Origin: Prorocentrum cordatum
Lineage: Eukaryota
NCBI GenBank assembly: GCA_963575745.1
Contig: CAUYUJ010000001.1
Span: forward strand, 3,100,001-3,164,000
DNA: 64,000 nucleotides
Direction: 5' to 3'
Position 1 is the stretch's first letter. Each line of letters begins with the position of its first letter. Positions 61,401 through 64,000 of this stretch are shown here, one piece after another. The notes under the pieces are model-generated. The model was not told the DNA's origin. It made no database searches and saw only the letters and a list, made by a program, of their open reading frames with translations. The translations under genes were made by a program, and so were the position numbers.

Positions 61401-63499
61401 GGGGGCCGCAGCGGCCGCTGCCGCGGGGCCGGAGGTCGATCCCGACCCCCGGCGTGGCCCGGCCAGGGTGGGGGCCCGAAGGGGCGCCTCTTTCTTCCTG
61501 GCCCGCCCCCCCCTCCCGGTGCTATGGCGGGCGCCCCTGCCCGCGGCGAAGGGCCTGCGGCGCGGAGGCGGCGGCGGCGCCGGGCTGCTGCCGCCCGCGC
61601 TGATGGCCCTGCTGCCGCCTGCGCCTACGGCGCCGCGGCCGCCGCTGGCCCCGCTGGCCCCGCTGGCGCTCCCTGTGCCGCGACGGCCGTCGCCGCCGCG
61701 GCGGCCCGGCCGCCGCGCGCGGCTCGCCGCCGCTGGCCGCCGCGGGCGGCCGCGTGCGCCGCCCCCGTCTCCGCGGGCGCCGCTTTTGCCGCCGGCGCCG
61801 GTGGCGCCGCGGGCGCGGCTGGCGCCGCGGTGGCCGCCAGCCCCGCTGGCGGCTCCAGGCGCTGCTGGCGCTGCGCGTGCGGCCCTGCCGCCCCCGCGGC
61901 CGCGCGCCGCGGCCGCCGGCCTCCGCCGCGTGCGCCGCCGCCGCGGCCGCTGGCGCACGCGCGCGCCGCCGCGGCCTCCGCTGCCGCCGTGGCCGCTGGC
62001 GCCGCCTGCGCTGCCAGCGGGGCTGCGAGCGCCGCCAGTGCCGTTGGCGCGGCTGGCGCCGTGGGCGCCGCTCGCGCCAGGGCTGGCTGGCGCCGCTGGT
62101 GCCAGGGCCGCTGGCGCCGCGCGCGGCGGCGAGGCGAGGGAACCAGAGGAGGAGGTGTCCGCGACGGTCTGGGCGCAGTTCGTGGCGTCCGGTGCGCGTC
62201 GCGAGTCGTTCCAGGACCAGTCTGCCGGCATCCTTGCAGCGGGGGGTGACGTCGAGTCCACGGCGCTGACGTTCAGCGACGCCAGGGACAAGCAGAAGAA
62301 GGTGGCGGCCTACATCGCCAACGGCTGTCTCAGAACAGGAGAGAACACATAATCACAAAGGGTTTTTATTGGTTTTACGCTGGAAGGGGGCGTCGTTGAG
62401 AGGGTGCCTGGCACGGCTGCGGGGATCGGGGTGGCGTCGGTGTTTGGAGCTGTCGGTTTGCATGGCAAGTGCGTTTAGCTGGCCGAATTTGTTTCGAACG
62501 CGTGACGGGTGGAAGGCCGTTCGCCAGCAATTGGCAGTCCCCTGCCCGCGTGCCAGAACATATCGTTGCGCGCTTGCAACGGGGCATGGGAAAGGGGGTT
62601 GGGAAGCGAGTCTCCTTCCCAAGAAGTCCCTTCGATAGGCAGCAAAGAATTCTTTTTCTATTCGTATGCCGCGCGGCCAACCGAGCGAACGAACAAATGT
62701 CTCGGCGCGCAGTGTTAGCTTCGCTCGCGCGCATCCTGGCTTCCTTCCGTTGCTTCTTTCGCTTCTTTCTCGCCCTCCTCTTAGTTTTCCATTTCCCCTG
62801 CTTTGCCCTGCCTCGCCCCCCTTCTTTGCCAGCTCGGAGCTGTCGCCGCGCGTGAGAAGCGCAATCCAAAGGGCGTTGCTGTAATTCTTTTGTGCGCCGC
62901 GAAGTCTCGCGCAATTCCTTTGTGTGCGGTCTGGCTACATTGCCGACGCGGGGGGCGCGCAAGGGACTTTCCTGTGCGTGCGATCGTTTTCGCCGGCCCC
63001 GCAAGAGCACGCGCGATTCCTTTGTGTAGAGCCTCATTGTCCCGCCTCGAGGGGCGCGCGGGGCCTGGCGCTGCGAGCGCAAGGCCGCGGCTCGTGGCAG
63101 TGCGAAGGAAGCAGCTGCGCCGGCTACCACGCCCGACCGATCCTACGTGGATTTCGGCACTTCTGCCGAAATCGCGCTGGCAGCTGGCCAGCCACATCGC
63201 GGGCCCTGCATGCCTTCGCGCGCTACTGCGTCCTGCTGTCGCGACGCGTGCGGCTGTCAACGGATGAACAAATTGACGTTGCATGGTGGTTTGGCCGTGC
63301 CAAACCACCATGTGACATTTGTTGGTAGCGGAGCTTGGGATCTCGTTGCTGCCGACAGCGCTGCCATACCATGCTTTTCAATTACACTGTAGAGCATGGC
63401 CGTTCATCAACCCTGGGTCGGATCGCCAGGGGTCCAGTGGCATGGGTGCACATGCGTTGCGCCGTTGCGGGTGCCAAAACCCTTTGTGTGCAAATCCTT

Positions 63500-63620
<121 letters not shown>

Positions 63621-64000
63621 TTCGGGCTCCTATGGTCTGGCCGCGATGGCGGTCATCGGAGCGCTTGACCGTGGCGGCTAGACCGGCTCCGCGCGGGCCG
63701 ATTCGGCGTTGTACGCGCGTTCTTCGCCGCGAATGGGCTGGGCGCAGGTCGTGGCCTGTGGCGCGCTCCGCGAGGCGTTGCAAGAGCGGGCTGCTGGCTT
63801 TCCCGTCGCGGCGGGAGGCGTCGGCTTCGACGCGCCGACGCTCGGCGGCGCCGACGAGAAGCATGATGAATTTACGCTTGAGATTGCCGACAGTCGCATG
63901 GCCATGATGGCGATCATCGGCGCGCCCATCCACGACGGCTTGGTTGGCTCCGCGCGGGGCGACAGGGCGCGGTGCTCGGGCCCCCCGTTGCGCATGCTCG

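Noticed and set aside
63323..63334. Second TGGTAGCGGAGC identical to the copia PBS
   Set aside because: No LTR copy upstream and no gag downstream; the context looks like a decayed element 3' end before (GT)n, so it is treated as chance or unresolvable.

Overview
GC-rich, repeat-dominated eukaryotic DNA with no convincing intact intron-containing host gene. Several degenerate copies of the dinoflagellate spliced leader (DinoSL, DCCGTAGCCATTTTGGCTCAAG) point to a dinoflagellate nuclear genome (inference). The window holds: (1) a full-length, recently decayed 10.45 kb copia-type LTR retrotransposon (46141-56590) with a cytosine-C5 methyltransferase-like domain between protease and integrase, non-canonical AGTCG...CGACT LTR ends and an insertion site inside a (GAG)n tract; (2) a tyrosine-recombinase retrotransposon with split direct repeats (36036-43546); (3) several decayed LINEs; (4) four putative SL-headed retrocopies whose 5' SL relic abuts a microsatellite, one with three stacked relics; (5) two ~784 bp TIR elements whose 7-bp target duplications are swapped, the pattern of a cointegrate or composite transposon (16011-18249); (6) many MITE-like hairpins, a 77-bp satellite in both orientations and long (GAT)n, (CCT)n, (GCC)n, (TATG)n and (GT)n tracts. 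Most ORFs in the supplied track are microsatellite or GC-content artefacts. All protein family calls come from motif recognition by eye, not from database searches.
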